Shown: positions 36,696 to 45,754, numbered from the stretch's first letter. The stretch: DNA of 64,000 bases from Flavobacteriales bacterium (GCA_018608405.1 JABAZP010000032.1:17956-81955), one strand, 5' to 3'. Notes: generated by a model not told the origin, from the sequence alone. Translations and numbers: made by a program.

Positions 36696-39173
36696 ATGAA
36701 AAATTGGAACTTCCTCTTCCTTTTTGTAGTGACACTTTTGGTTTTTGGGAATACTTTGTCCAATGGATATAATATGGATGATGAGTTAGTAACCAAAAAT
36801 CATCCGCTAACGAACCCTAATACAAAAGCTAGTTTAAGTGCCATTTTCTCTTCTTCTTATCAGGACGAAGAAGGGTTAAAATCAGGATACAGACCGGTAA
36901 CTATTGCTAGTTTTTATTTGGAGCATGCTTTCTTCGGTGAATCGGTTAGGGTAAGTCACACAGTCAATTTGATTTTGTATTTAGCAATTGTATTGTTGTT
37001 ATATCTATTCTTAGCCCTAATCTTTAGAGACACAAATCCATATATTCTGCTGTTTATTGCACTACTGTTTAGTTTGCATCCTGTTCATTCTGAGGTTATC
37101 GCAAGTTTGAAAAATAGAGATGAATTGTTGAGTTTGATCTTTTTTCTCTTGTCGGCGATATCTGTAATCAAATGGATCAGCAGACAGAATCCCATTTATT
37201 TGGCGTCAACAATAGTGCTCGTTTCACTTTCAATTTTATCGAAAAAAAGCACATTGCCGATTATCGCTTTACTTCCCATTCTTCTTTTGGTTAACCAAAA
37301 TCTACAAGTTTCGAAATTTATAAAAATTGGTTTGGCCTTTTCTATTCCAATCGGGCTGTTTGCTTTTAACCTTCAATTAATTCCTAGCTTAGTCACTTTT
37401 ACGGTTTTAAGTGTATTCTATCTTATCGTTTTTTACCTTCCGATATTTTGGGAAAGTAAATCACTCCCCAAACCTAGTATATTCGAAGTCTTTATTCTAG
37501 TGTTAATTTTTTCAACTACCTTAATTGGAGTCTACTTTCAGCAGCTGTACTTGTTAATTGCAGGTCAATTACTATTATTGAATGGTGTTAAAAAGCACTT
37601 TAATGTGGTTCTGGTGTTAAGTGCAGTTATATCGCTAATGGGCTATTTCTCATTTTACAAGTCAGAAATATTAGTCTATTTAATCATGCTTTTATCGGCA
37701 GCGGCATTAGTTAATAGGCAGACGGTTAAATTGAACCCTAAATTTTTACTCGGGTTGCTACCACTGCTGCTTTTAATAGCCTATCAAAGGCAAGATTATA
37801 AACAAATATTGATTCAGTTAAGCCCACTGTTAATTTTTTCAACTGTCCTAATTCGTCTTTATATCCCGTTAGTTATATCGCTTATCGCGATAATGGTCAG
37901 CGCGTATTTCAATGCGTTAAGTTATTTCCAATTAGGGGTTTTGCTGTTTTCTATTTTGGCGCTATCTAAAACAGAGGTAATAAAATTGAAAAAGATATAT
38001 TTAGCCGGGTGGCTTTGCATAGCTTTTTTGTTCATCGGAGTAAGCTACCCCAACCAAGTAAATAAATTTCACTTTAATTCAAACGCAACTAGAATAATAG
38101 AAGACACTGAAGATTTCGAGTTAAAAGAAGGCAGAAAACTTGAATTTGTTGAAAATACATTGGTAGATCAGCACTCGTTGGACCAACGTTTTGCTACGGG
38201 ATTAGCAGTTATGGGATCTTATTTAGAGCTAATGTTTTTTCCTAAAGATCTTTCATTCTATTACGGATATGCAAAGATTAAAACGACAAACTTTAGGGAT
38301 TATAAAGTTTGGATAAGCCTACTATGTTATCTGTTATTGTTTTATTGCGCTATTTATTTTTTCAGAAGACAACCACTTATTTCAATCGGAGCCATTTGGT
38401 TTACCTCTAGCATTTTAATCTTTAGTAATCTGCCTGTTTTGGTTGCCGGTATGGTTGGAGAACGTTTAGCTTTTTCAGCTTCTGTGGGGTTTTGTATTAT
38501 GATTGGAGGAGTTTTCAATTGGATAAAACCTCAGTTCGAGTACAAAAAAATTCGAGGCTTGGAAGCTCTTTCTATAGTTGTATTACTCGCTTTGTCAGTA
38601 AGAACTTTCGTTCGAAACGAAAAATGGGAGTCCCCAACGATATTAATGCGCAACGATATTGAACATTTAGGTAATTCTGCACAGGCAAACTATCTTCTTG
38701 GTGTTCATTCCATAAAAGAGAACTTGAAAAGCTACAATGGTAGCGAGTCTGATTTGCAAAAAGTGAATGAATCGATTAATTATTTTAAAAAGGCTATTGA
38801 AATTTATCCGAAGCATTACAATTTTCATATTGCTTTGGGTAAGGCCTATTTGGTGTTAGATCAGAATAAACTTGCTAAAAAATCTTTTTTAATGGCGGAT
38901 GCGATAGTGCCAAATGCAGCAATCGGTTTATTTGAATTAGCGAAAGTTAGCTTTACTCTGAAAGATTACAATGAGGTGATTAACTATTCTAAATTGTACT
39001 TAGGGTGGAGTAAATCAAACCCGACAATGTTTGAGTTGGCTGCATTTAGCGCATACTATTTAAACGATTATTCATTAGCAATGCGTTTCACTGAAGAAGG
39101 ATTAAGGCAATTCCCTTCAAATCAAGTATTAATAGAATTGCTCTCTGATCTGCAAAGGCGAATGCAGAAGTAG
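36696..39173 (+). CDS. GT-C fold polyprenyl-phosphate-sugar-dependent glycosyltransferase (PMT/TMTC-like) with C-terminal TPR repeats
   Basis: 825 aa. The first-loop acidic motif NGYNMDDELVTKN follows TM1, as in PMT/TMTC/ArnT-type enzymes. There are >12 TM helices, and the last ~190 aa are TPR-like (AIEIYPKHYNFHIALGKAY..., ALRQFPSNQ). Confidence 0.75.
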   Translation: MKNWNFLFLFVVTLLVFGNTLSNGYNMDDELVTKNHPLTNPNTKASLSAIFSSSYQDEEGLKSGYRPVTIASFYLEHAFFGESVRVSHTVNLILYLAIVLLLYLFLALIFRDTNPYILLFIALLFSLHPVHSEVIASLKNRDELLSLIFFLLSAISVIKWISRQNPIYLASTIVLVSLSILSKKSTLPIIALLPILLLVNQNLQVSKFIKIGLAFSIPIGLFAFNLQLIPSLVTFTVLSVFYLIVFYLPIFWESKSLPKPSIFEVFILVLIFSTTLIGVYFQQLYLLIAGQLLLLNGVKKHFNVVLVLSAVISLMGYFSFYKSEILVYLIMLLSAAALVNRQTVKLNPKFLLGLLPLLLLIAYQRQDYKQILIQLSPLLIFSTVLIRLYIPLVISLIAIMVSAYFNALSYFQLGVLLFSILALSKTEVIKLKKIYLAGWLCIAFLFIGVSYPNQVNKFHFNSNATRIIEDTEDFELKEGRKLEFVENTLVDQHSLDQRFATGLAVMGSYLELMFFPKDLSFYYGYAKIKTTNFRDYKVWISLLCYLLLFYCAIYFFRRQPLISIGAIWFTSSILIFSNLPVLVAGMVGERLAFSASVGFCIMIGGVFNWIKPQFEYKKIRGLEALSIVVLLALSVRTFVRNEKWESPTILMRNDIEHLGNSAQANYLLGVHSIKENLKSYNGSESDLQKVNESINYFKKAIEIYPKHYNFHIALGKAYLVLDQNKLAKKSFLMADAIVPNAAIGLFELAKVSFTLKDYNEVINYSKLYLGWSKSNPTMFELAAFSAYYLNDYSLAMRFTEEGLRQFPSNQVLIELLSDLQRRMQK

Positions 39174-39243
39174 AATCATTACAAAAACGAAGGAGAGCAA
39201 AAAAATTTAACAAACTTTTAATCTAAATAGATGTATATACATG

Positions 39244-39251
39244 TATTTTTG
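39244..39251 (+). promoter_or_regulatory. Candidate -7 box TATTTTTG (TAnnTTTG) immediately upstream of the pirin start
   Basis: Exact motif match 8 nt before ATG 39259. This implies a very short or absent leader if functional. Confidence 0.3.
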
Positions 39252-39258
39252 TGGTGTT

Positions 39259-40131
39259 ATGAAAAGAAAAGATTTTTTAAAACGCGCTTTACTTGGAGGA
39301 GCAGCTGCGGCCATTAGCCCAACGCTTGCTTTTTCAAATGTAAAAAGTACTTCTACCTATGACAAATTAATGGAGCGAGTGGGATTTAACCATTTGCCAA
39401 ATAAAGAATTAAAAACAATGAAAACAGTATTACACAAAGCAGCAACAAGAGGGCACGCAAACCATGGCTGGCTAGATTCACATCACACATTTAGTTTCGC
39501 CAATTATCACAATCCGGAGCGAATGAATTTTGGTGTATTGCGTGTGTTAAATGACGACCAAGTACATAAAGGGATGGGATTCGGAACACACCCTCATGAT
39601 AATATGGAAATTGTTTCCATTCCCTTGGAAGGAGATTTAGAGCATAAAGACAGCATGGGCAACACTACGGTGATAAAAAGTGGAGACGTGCAAGTAATGA
39701 GTGCAGGAACAGGCATTCAACATTCAGAGTACAACAGAAGTAAAGATCAACAAGTGAAATTTCTACAGATTTGGTTGTTTCCAAAGCAACGAAATGTGTC
39801 ACCTCGGTATGATCAAATCTCCATTCAAGACATTAAAAAGAAAAACGAATTGTATCAAATACTTTCTCCGAATGAAAATGATGAGGGAGTTTGGATTCAC
39901 CAAGATGCTTGGTTCCATTTAGGAGAGTTTGACAACGAAACAGCTTCTGCGTATCAAGTAAAAAAGGAAGGAAACGGGGTTTATTTTTTCATCTTAGAAG
40001 GGAATGTGGAAATACATGGAGAAAGTTTAAACAAAAGAGACGGCTTTGGGGTTTGGAATACCAATTCCATAGCCTTTAAAGCACAAAAAGATGCCAGATT
40101 TTTGGCAATGGAAGTACCAATGAATATATAA
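39259..40131 (+). CDS. Pirin-family protein with Tat-like signal peptide
   Basis: Cupin metal motif GFGTHPHDNMEIVS and the pirin N-terminal block HANHGWLDSHHTFSFANY. The N-terminus from ATG 39259 is MKRKDFLKRALLGGAAAAISPTLAFS. The track start at 39241 adds MYFCGV. Confidence 0.85.
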   Translation: MKRKDFLKRALLGGAAAAISPTLAFSNVKSTSTYDKLMERVGFNHLPNKELKTMKTVLHKAATRGHANHGWLDSHHTFSFANYHNPERMNFGVLRVLNDDQVHKGMGFGTHPHDNMEIVSIPLEGDLEHKDSMGNTTVIKSGDVQVMSAGTGIQHSEYNRSKDQQVKFLQIWLFPKQRNVSPRYDQISIQDIKKKNELYQILSPNENDEGVWIHQDAWFHLGEFDNETASAYQVKKEGNGVYFFILEGNVEIHGESLNKRDGFGVWNTNSIAFKAQKDARFLAMEVPMNI

Positions 40132-40140
40132 ATAAGAAAA

Positions 40141-40770
40141 ATGGGATTTATAGAAGATCAAAAATGGCGTTATGCAACTAAAAAGTTTGACGCATCTAAA
40201 AAAGTTAGCAATAAGGATTTAGGAGAGTTGCAAGAGGCAATACAATTAGCTGCAACTTCTTATGGATTGCAGTTGTTTAAAGTGTTAGTTGTTGAGAACA
40301 AAAACAAAAGAGACCTTTTGAAGCCTGCTTCCTGGGGGCAAGCTCAAATTACAGATGCATCTCACTTATTAGTTTTTTGCAACTACACCGAGGTAAAAGA
40401 AGAGCATTTAAATCACTATGCAGGTTTGAAGGCAAAAGCAAGCAATATTCCTGTAGAAAGCTTATCAGGATATATGGAGTTTATTCAAAGTGCGCTATCA
40501 GCAAGAACGCCAGAGCAAATTGACAACTGGACGGCAAAGCAAACCTATATTGGCCTAGCCAATTTGATGAGCGCTGCGGCAGAGTTAAAAATTGACACCT
40601 GTCCAATGGAAGGTTTTGATGCGGCCAAATATGATGAGATTCTAGGACTATCTGAAAAAGGATTAGCTGCAGCTGTGGTTTGCCCAATTGGATATCGCTC
40701 TGAAGAAGATGACTCGCAAAACGCGCCTAAAGTTAGAAAGTCAGTAGAAGACTTATTCGAAGTGGTGTAA
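40141..40770 (+). CDS. NAD(P)H nitroreductase family protein
   Basis: 209 aa. The WRYATKKFD N-terminal motif and overall pattern match oxygen-insensitive nitroreductases. Confidence 0.8.
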   Translation: MGFIEDQKWRYATKKFDASKKVSNKDLGELQEAIQLAATSYGLQLFKVLVVENKNKRDLLKPASWGQAQITDASHLLVFCNYTEVKEEHLNHYAGLKAKASNIPVESLSGYMEFIQSALSARTPEQIDNWTAKQTYIGLANLMSAAAELKIDTCPMEGFDAAKYDEILGLSEKGLAAAVVCPIGYRSEEDDSQNAPKVRKSVEDLFEVV

Positions 40771-40793
40771 TAAGTTAGATAAGTACATAAAAA

Positions 40794-40828
40794 AACCTCT
40801 AGATTCAATTTGAGCCTAGAGGTTTTTT
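40794..40828 (+). terminator. Rho-independent terminator after the nitroreductase gene
   Basis: AACCTCTAG (40794..40802) pairs with CTAGAGGTT (40816..40824). A T-run follows and an A-run precedes it. Confidence 0.7.
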
Positions 40829-40917
40829 CGTTTAACTGGTCTATGCTATAAAAAGGTTGTTCCCCCGTTCATCCGTTTTTGCTTGCGGATTTTGATTGAA
40901 CTACTTAACTTATTACT

Positions 40918-41544
40918 ATGGCAGGAGGTGGAGGTGGTTCAATATTAGCGATGATCGTAGCACTGAGGAATAATAAAAATCTCCTCAGCAAAAGAACGTC
41001 TTTTTTTAACCGAAAACGGAGCAACATCCGTTTGAAAACATCAGCTAAAAAGAGAATGACATCCTTTCTGGATAGAAAACCTCTTTCAGAAGAACAAATT
41101 AAAACAATTCAGAAGCAGTTTAAAGCGAGAAAGAGAGTATACTTTGCTTTAACAATCCTTACTTCGGCAATTTGTCTGACACTAGTTGTATTTGGCTTTC
41201 ATACGATTTTAGAATCTAGAAGTACGTATCCAGCTTATAAAGAAGAGATTCAAACTATAACATATTCAAAGTTAAAACCCCAACCTTTCAGAGACCACAT
41301 GAAATTAGGGTTGCTGAAACTAAAGGACAAGGATTATTTTATGGCGGCGGGAAGTTTTGAGCGAGCGTTGAAACACAAGCCGAAGAATTTAATGGCAGAG
41401 TATTATTTGACTAAGTCTTATTGCATGCTTTGTTATTACAGAAATCAAGCTTGCAGTGAAGCAAGGGCAAAAGTATTGAAGAATCAAAATCAATTTCCTT
41501 TAGAATACAAATTTGAATATTTGGAAAGGGCTTACTTGAAGTAG
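40918..41544 (+). CDS. Hypothetical single-pass membrane protein with TPR-like C-terminal region
   Basis: 208-aa ORF with a basic N-terminal region, one TM (VYFALTILTSAICLTLVVFGF) and FERALKHKPKNLMAEYYL. Confidence 0.5.
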   Translation: MAGGGGGSILAMIVALRNNKNLLSKRTSFFNRKRSNIRLKTSAKKRMTSFLDRKPLSEEQIKTIQKQFKARKRVYFALTILTSAICLTLVVFGFHTILESRSTYPAYKEEIQTITYSKLKPQPFRDHMKLGLLKLKDKDYFMAAGSFERALKHKPKNLMAEYYLTKSYCMLCYYRNQACSEARAKVLKNQNQFPLEYKFEYLERAYLK

Positions 41545-41641
41545 TGAAGTAAAATTTGATTAAAGCAATCCCCGCTCATCAAATATTACTTGAGATTAAG
41601 ATCTTTTGGTTTTAACTTGGGTGAAAATAATATATAGAACC

Positions 41642-41854
41642 ATGAACCAACCATTAAGATTCAGCTGCCCCAAATGCAGCAACGTGACCTACAATAAAGG
41701 TGAAATAAGAGCAACAGGAGGTATTTTTAGTAAAATTTTCGACGTTCAGAATAAAAAATTCTCATACGTTTCTTGTGATCGATGCACCTATACCGAGTTT
41801 TATAAATCCAAGAGCAGCGCGCTCGGTAATGTATTTGACTTCTTTACCGGTTAA
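41642..41854 (+). CDS. Zinc-ribbon domain protein
   Basis: Two CxxC pairs (CPKCSN...CDRCTY) in ~70 aa, starting at ATG 41642 (MNQPLRF). Confidence 0.6.
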   Translation: MNQPLRFSCPKCSNVTYNKGEIRATGGIFSKIFDVQNKKFSYVSCDRCTYTEFYKSKSSALGNVFDFFTG

Positions 41855-41966
41855 TTAATGCTGTAAAAAGTTTGTTTTGAGATATTCGAGGACTTTGACT
41901 TTAAAGTGTTATTTCTTGATTAAAATCTAGATAAAACTAAAACGAGGAATCGACTGTTAATCTTCT

Positions 41967-42971
41967 ATGCCCCTCTTACAATTCACTGAAAAAGGTATTT
42001 ACTGCAAACGAGCGAATGTTTACATCGACCCCTGGAAACCGGTCGATTATGCTATCATTACGCACGCACACGCAGATCACTCTCGTTGGGGGAACAAATT
42101 TTATTTGAGTCACCACCTATCAAAGCCTATTATTCAACATCGTTTAGGACAAGATATTTCCATTGAAAGCATGGAATATGGAGAAAGTCGAACTATAAAT
42201 GGAGTTAACTTTTCATTTTACCCTGCCGGTCACATCATAGGTTCGGCCCAAGTTCGGGTGGAATACAAAGGTGAGATTTGGGTGGCAAGTGGAGATTATA
42301 AACTAGAAGACGATGGGTTTTGCGCCCCTTTTGAACCTGTAAAGTGTAATGTTTTTATTACCGAGTGCACTTTTGGTCTGCCTGTGTTTAAATGGAAGCC
42401 ACAAGCAGAAGTGTTTGCCGAAATTAACGCTTGGTGGCGAAAAAACAAAGCGGAAGGGAAAGCAACTGTTTTGGCAGGTTATTCTTTAGGAAAGGCACAA
42501 CGTATTTTACAAGGAATTGATCCTTCCATAGGGAAAGTGTTTAACCACGGAGCGATTGAAAAAACGAACGAAATCATTCGCAACATGGGAGTTTCACTAA
42601 ACGAAACCATCTACGTGGAGCCGAAAATGAAGAAGAAGGACTTTGAGGGCAGTTTAATAATTGCACCACCCGGAGCTTTGGGTTCTTCTTGGCAAAAGAA
42701 ATTTCCTGCTTACGAAGTGGGCATGGCATCTGGTTGGATGAAGGTGCGAGGAACAAGGAGACGAGAATCATTAGATCGAGGGTTTGTGCTTTCTGATCAC
42801 GCTGATTGGGGTGGTTTAAATACCGCCATAAAAGCAACCGAATGCCAAAAAGTAATTGTTACCCATGGTTACACCGATATTTTTAGCAAATGGTTAAACA
42901 ACCAAGGAATAGAAACAACGGTGGAGAGCACAGAGTTTGAAGGGGAGATGAATGAAACTGCAAACGATTAG
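41967..42971 (+). CDS. Ligase-associated DNA damage response exonuclease (metallo-beta-lactamase fold)
   Basis: ITHAHADHSRWG (HxHxDH) motif, 334 aa, directly coupled to an ATP-dependent DNA ligase gene. Confidence 0.8.
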   Translation: MPLLQFTEKGIYCKRANVYIDPWKPVDYAIITHAHADHSRWGNKFYLSHHLSKPIIQHRLGQDISIESMEYGESRTINGVNFSFYPAGHIIGSAQVRVEYKGEIWVASGDYKLEDDGFCAPFEPVKCNVFITECTFGLPVFKWKPQAEVFAEINAWWRKNKAEGKATVLAGYSLGKAQRILQGIDPSIGKVFNHGAIEKTNEIIRNMGVSLNETIYVEPKMKKKDFEGSLIIAPPGALGSSWQKKFPAYEVGMASGWMKVRGTRRRESLDRGFVLSDHADWGGLNTAIKATECQKVIVTHGYTDIFSKWLNNQGIETTVESTEFEGEMNETAND

Positions 42972-42975
42972 CTCA

Positions 42976-44565
42976 ATGAAAGACTTCGTCCAACTATTTG
43001 AGCAACTCGACCAAACCACCAAAACCAATAAAAAGGTGGCGGCGTTAAAAAGCTATTTTGATGCTGCTGACGACATGGACAAGTTATGGACCATCGCCAT
43101 ATTAAGTCACAGAAGGCCAAAAAGAAGTGTTCGAACAGCTTTACTAAGAGAATGGGCGTCTGAAGCAGCAAATTTACCACTTTGGTTGTTTGAAGAATCC
43201 TATCACATTGTAGGAGATTTAGCCGAAACGATTGCCCTAATTCATCCCAATTTAGAATCTAAAAACGACAAATCTCTTTCCGAATGGGTTCAATTTATAA
43301 TTGATTTAAAACCGCTAAGCGACGAGGAACAGAAAGAAAAAGTATTGTGGGTGTGGAATAATCTGAATGAAAAAGAACGCTTTGTTTTTAACAAGCTACT
43401 TACAGGCGGCTGGCGAGTTGGCCTTTCTCAAAAGCTAATGACAAGGGCATTGGCGCAACATGCCGAAGTCGAAGAAAATAGTTTAACGCACCGTTTAATG
43501 GGCAATTGGCGTGCGGAAACAACAACTTACCATGAGTTAATTGAATCAAGTGATCCGGCGGATCAATATTCCAAACCGTACCCCTTTTACCTGGCTTATG
43601 CTTTGGAAGGAGAACCACAAAATTTAGGGGATGTGAGCGAATGGCAAGCAGAATGGAAGTGGGATGGAATTCGAGGGCAAATCATTATTCGGAATAACGA
43701 ATTATTTGTCTGGAGCAGGGGCGAAGAGTTGATGACAGACAAGTTTCCGGAGTTTCAGGAGTTGGTTGAAGCCTTGCCCAACGGAACGGTTTTAGACGGT
43801 GAAATTATTCCCTTTAAAGACGGTAAACCGCTGAATTTTGCAACCATGCAGACTCGAATTTCGAGAAAGAATGTGAGTAAAGCTATTTTAAAATCCGCTC
43901 CCATTGTCATGATCGTCTATGATATTTTAGAATTTGAAGGGAAAGACCTTCGAGAAACACCGATGAAGGAAAGAAGACAAATTTTGGAACGAATGGTAAA
44001 AAAACAAAAATCCGGTACCCTGATGCTTTCGAAAGTATTGGAACTAGATTCTTGGAATAAGTTAATCGAAGTTCGAACTACTTCAAGAGAAAACAACGCG
44101 GAAGGATTGATGCTAAAACGCAAAGATTCTACCTATAAAATTGGTCGAAAAAAAGGAGATTGGTGGAAGTGGAAAGTAGACCCATTGACAATTGACGCGG
44201 TTATGATTTACGCTATGCGAGGCCATGGACGGCGGGCAAATTTATATACCGATTACACTTTTGCTGTTTGGGACGGAGAGAAGTTAGTTCCCTTCGCCAA
44301 AGCCTACTCTGGTTTAACTGATAAAGAGATTAAACGTGTAGATGCCTTTGTAAAAAAGAATACGGTAGATAAGTTTGGACCCGTTCGGAGTGTAAGTCCT
44401 GAATTGGTGTTTGAAGTAGCTTTTGAAGGAATTGCCAAGTCGAGTCGACACAAGTCGGGTGTTGCATTGAGGTTTCCGAGAATACACAGATGGCGAGAAG
44501 ATAAACCAGCAGCAGAAGCGAATACGAAAGAGGACCTTATGCGGATGTTAGATGATTTTGGTTAA
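42976..44565 (+). CDS. ATP-dependent DNA ligase
   Basis: Adenylation motif I AEWKWDGIRGQ (KxDG), motif IV EGLMLKRKDS, motif V DWWKWKVD. The track start 42952 overlaps the exonuclease gene. ATG 42976 (MKDFVQLFEQLDQTTKTNKKVAAL) looks like the usual N-terminus. Confidence 0.88.
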   Translation: MKDFVQLFEQLDQTTKTNKKVAALKSYFDAADDMDKLWTIAILSHRRPKRSVRTALLREWASEAANLPLWLFEESYHIVGDLAETIALIHPNLESKNDKSLSEWVQFIIDLKPLSDEEQKEKVLWVWNNLNEKERFVFNKLLTGGWRVGLSQKLMTRALAQHAEVEENSLTHRLMGNWRAETTTYHELIESSDPADQYSKPYPFYLAYALEGEPQNLGDVSEWQAEWKWDGIRGQIIIRNNELFVWSRGEELMTDKFPEFQELVEALPNGTVLDGEIIPFKDGKPLNFATMQTRISRKNVSKAILKSAPIVMIVYDILEFEGKDLRETPMKERRQILERMVKKQKSGTLMLSKVLELDSWNKLIEVRTTSRENNAEGLMLKRKDSTYKIGRKKGDWWKWKVDPLTIDAVMIYAMRGHGRRANLYTDYTFAVWDGEKLVPFAKAYSGLTDKEIKRVDAFVKKNTVDKFGPVRSVSPELVFEVAFEGIAKSSRHKSGVALRFPRIHRWREDKPAAEANTKEDLMRMLDDFG

Positions 44566-44752
44566 ATAATTACGAATTGTAAATCTGGGAATTACGAAAA
44601 CGGAAGAAATAAAAAGAATAGTCGATTGTAAAAGACGTTGGTTAAGGTAGTAAAATTCGCAATTAAAAAAATCGTAATTCGTAATTTTAGAATGTTAAAA
44701 GAGAATTCTAACAGTTAAAAACACAATAAAAGTTTATAAAAAAACACTAGAG

Positions 44753-45736
44753 ATGGAATACAAAAATTTAGGAAAATCGGGATTGAAAGTTAGTCGTTTA
44801 TCACTAGGATCGTGGCTAACCTTTGGGAAACAAATTGAGAATAACATCGCTTCAGACTTAATGGACTTGGCTTACGACAAGGGTGTAAACTTCTTTGATA
44901 ATGCAGAGATTTATGCAAGAGGTGAGTCGGAACGAGTGATGGGAGAAATTTTAAGCAAAAGAGACTGGCAAAGAGATTCTTACATTGTCTCTTCCAAGGC
45001 CTTTTTTGGACGAGGCGGCGAATTGCCTACGCAGAAAGGACTAAGTAGAAAGCATTTAGTAGAAGCTTGTGAAGCTGCATTACAGCGTATGAAGCTAGAC
45101 TATTTAGATTTATACTATTGCCATCGGCCCGATAAGGAAACGCCAATTTCGGAAACGGTTTGGACGATGCACAATTTAATTCAACAAGGAAAAATTTTGT
45201 ACTGGGGAACTTCTGAGTGGAGCGCGCAAGAAATTATGGAAGCACACATGGTGGCAGAACGTTATAACTTGATTGGCCCGACCATGGAGCAACCACAATA
45301 CAACATGTTGCACAGAGACAAAGTGGAAGTAGAGTTCGACCAAATTTATAAAACAGTAGAATTGGGAACTACCATTTGGAGTCCTTTAGGCAGTGGAATT
45401 TTAACCGGTAAATACAACGAAGGAATGGCTGAGAAGACCAGACTTTCCATGGATGGAATGGAATGGTTGAAAGATAAGAGTCTAGTAGAAGAAAATTTAG
45501 AAAAAGTTAGAAAGTTAACGGGTTTAGCGAAAGAAATTGGAACGACCATGCCGAAATTGGCAATTGCTTGGTGTTTGAAAAACGAAAATGTTTCTACAGC
45601 AATATTAGGAGCTTCAAAAGTGAGTCAGTTAGAAGAAACACTAACAGCAATAGATGATGTTCAACTGTTAACCGCTGAGGTGATGGAAAAAGTCAACGGC
45701 ATTTTAGACAACGAACCAGTGAGACCAGCTTTTTAA
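44753..45736 (+). CDS. Aldo/keto reductase, Kv-beta-subunit-like subfamily
   Basis: MEYKNLGKSGLKVSRLSLGSW, DNAEIYARGESE, LDYLDLYYCHRPD. Confidence 0.88.
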   Translation: MEYKNLGKSGLKVSRLSLGSWLTFGKQIENNIASDLMDLAYDKGVNFFDNAEIYARGESERVMGEILSKRDWQRDSYIVSSKAFFGRGGELPTQKGLSRKHLVEACEAALQRMKLDYLDLYYCHRPDKETPISETVWTMHNLIQQGKILYWGTSEWSAQEIMEAHMVAERYNLIGPTMEQPQYNMLHRDKVEVEFDQIYKTVELGTTIWSPLGSGILTGKYNEGMAEKTRLSMDGMEWLKDKSLVEENLEKVRKLTGLAKEIGTTMPKLAIAWCLKNENVSTAILGASKVSQLEETLTAIDDVQLLTAEVMEKVNGILDNEPVRPAF

Positions 45737-45754
45737 AATGAAAGCAAATACTAA

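Noticed and set aside
14012-39173. Calling the biosynthetic locus a mobile genomic island.
   Set aside because: No integrase, transposase, flanking tRNA or direct repeats are visible at either border. Composition looks similar to the flanks by eye. Accessory status can only be tested by comparative genomics.
44566-44752. tRNA or small structured RNA gene in the 187-bp spacer.
   Set aside because: I could not fold a cloverleaf or any conserved RNA-family structure by eye. Only the repeated AATTACGAA-type motifs stand out, and these are reported as a possible regulatory feature.
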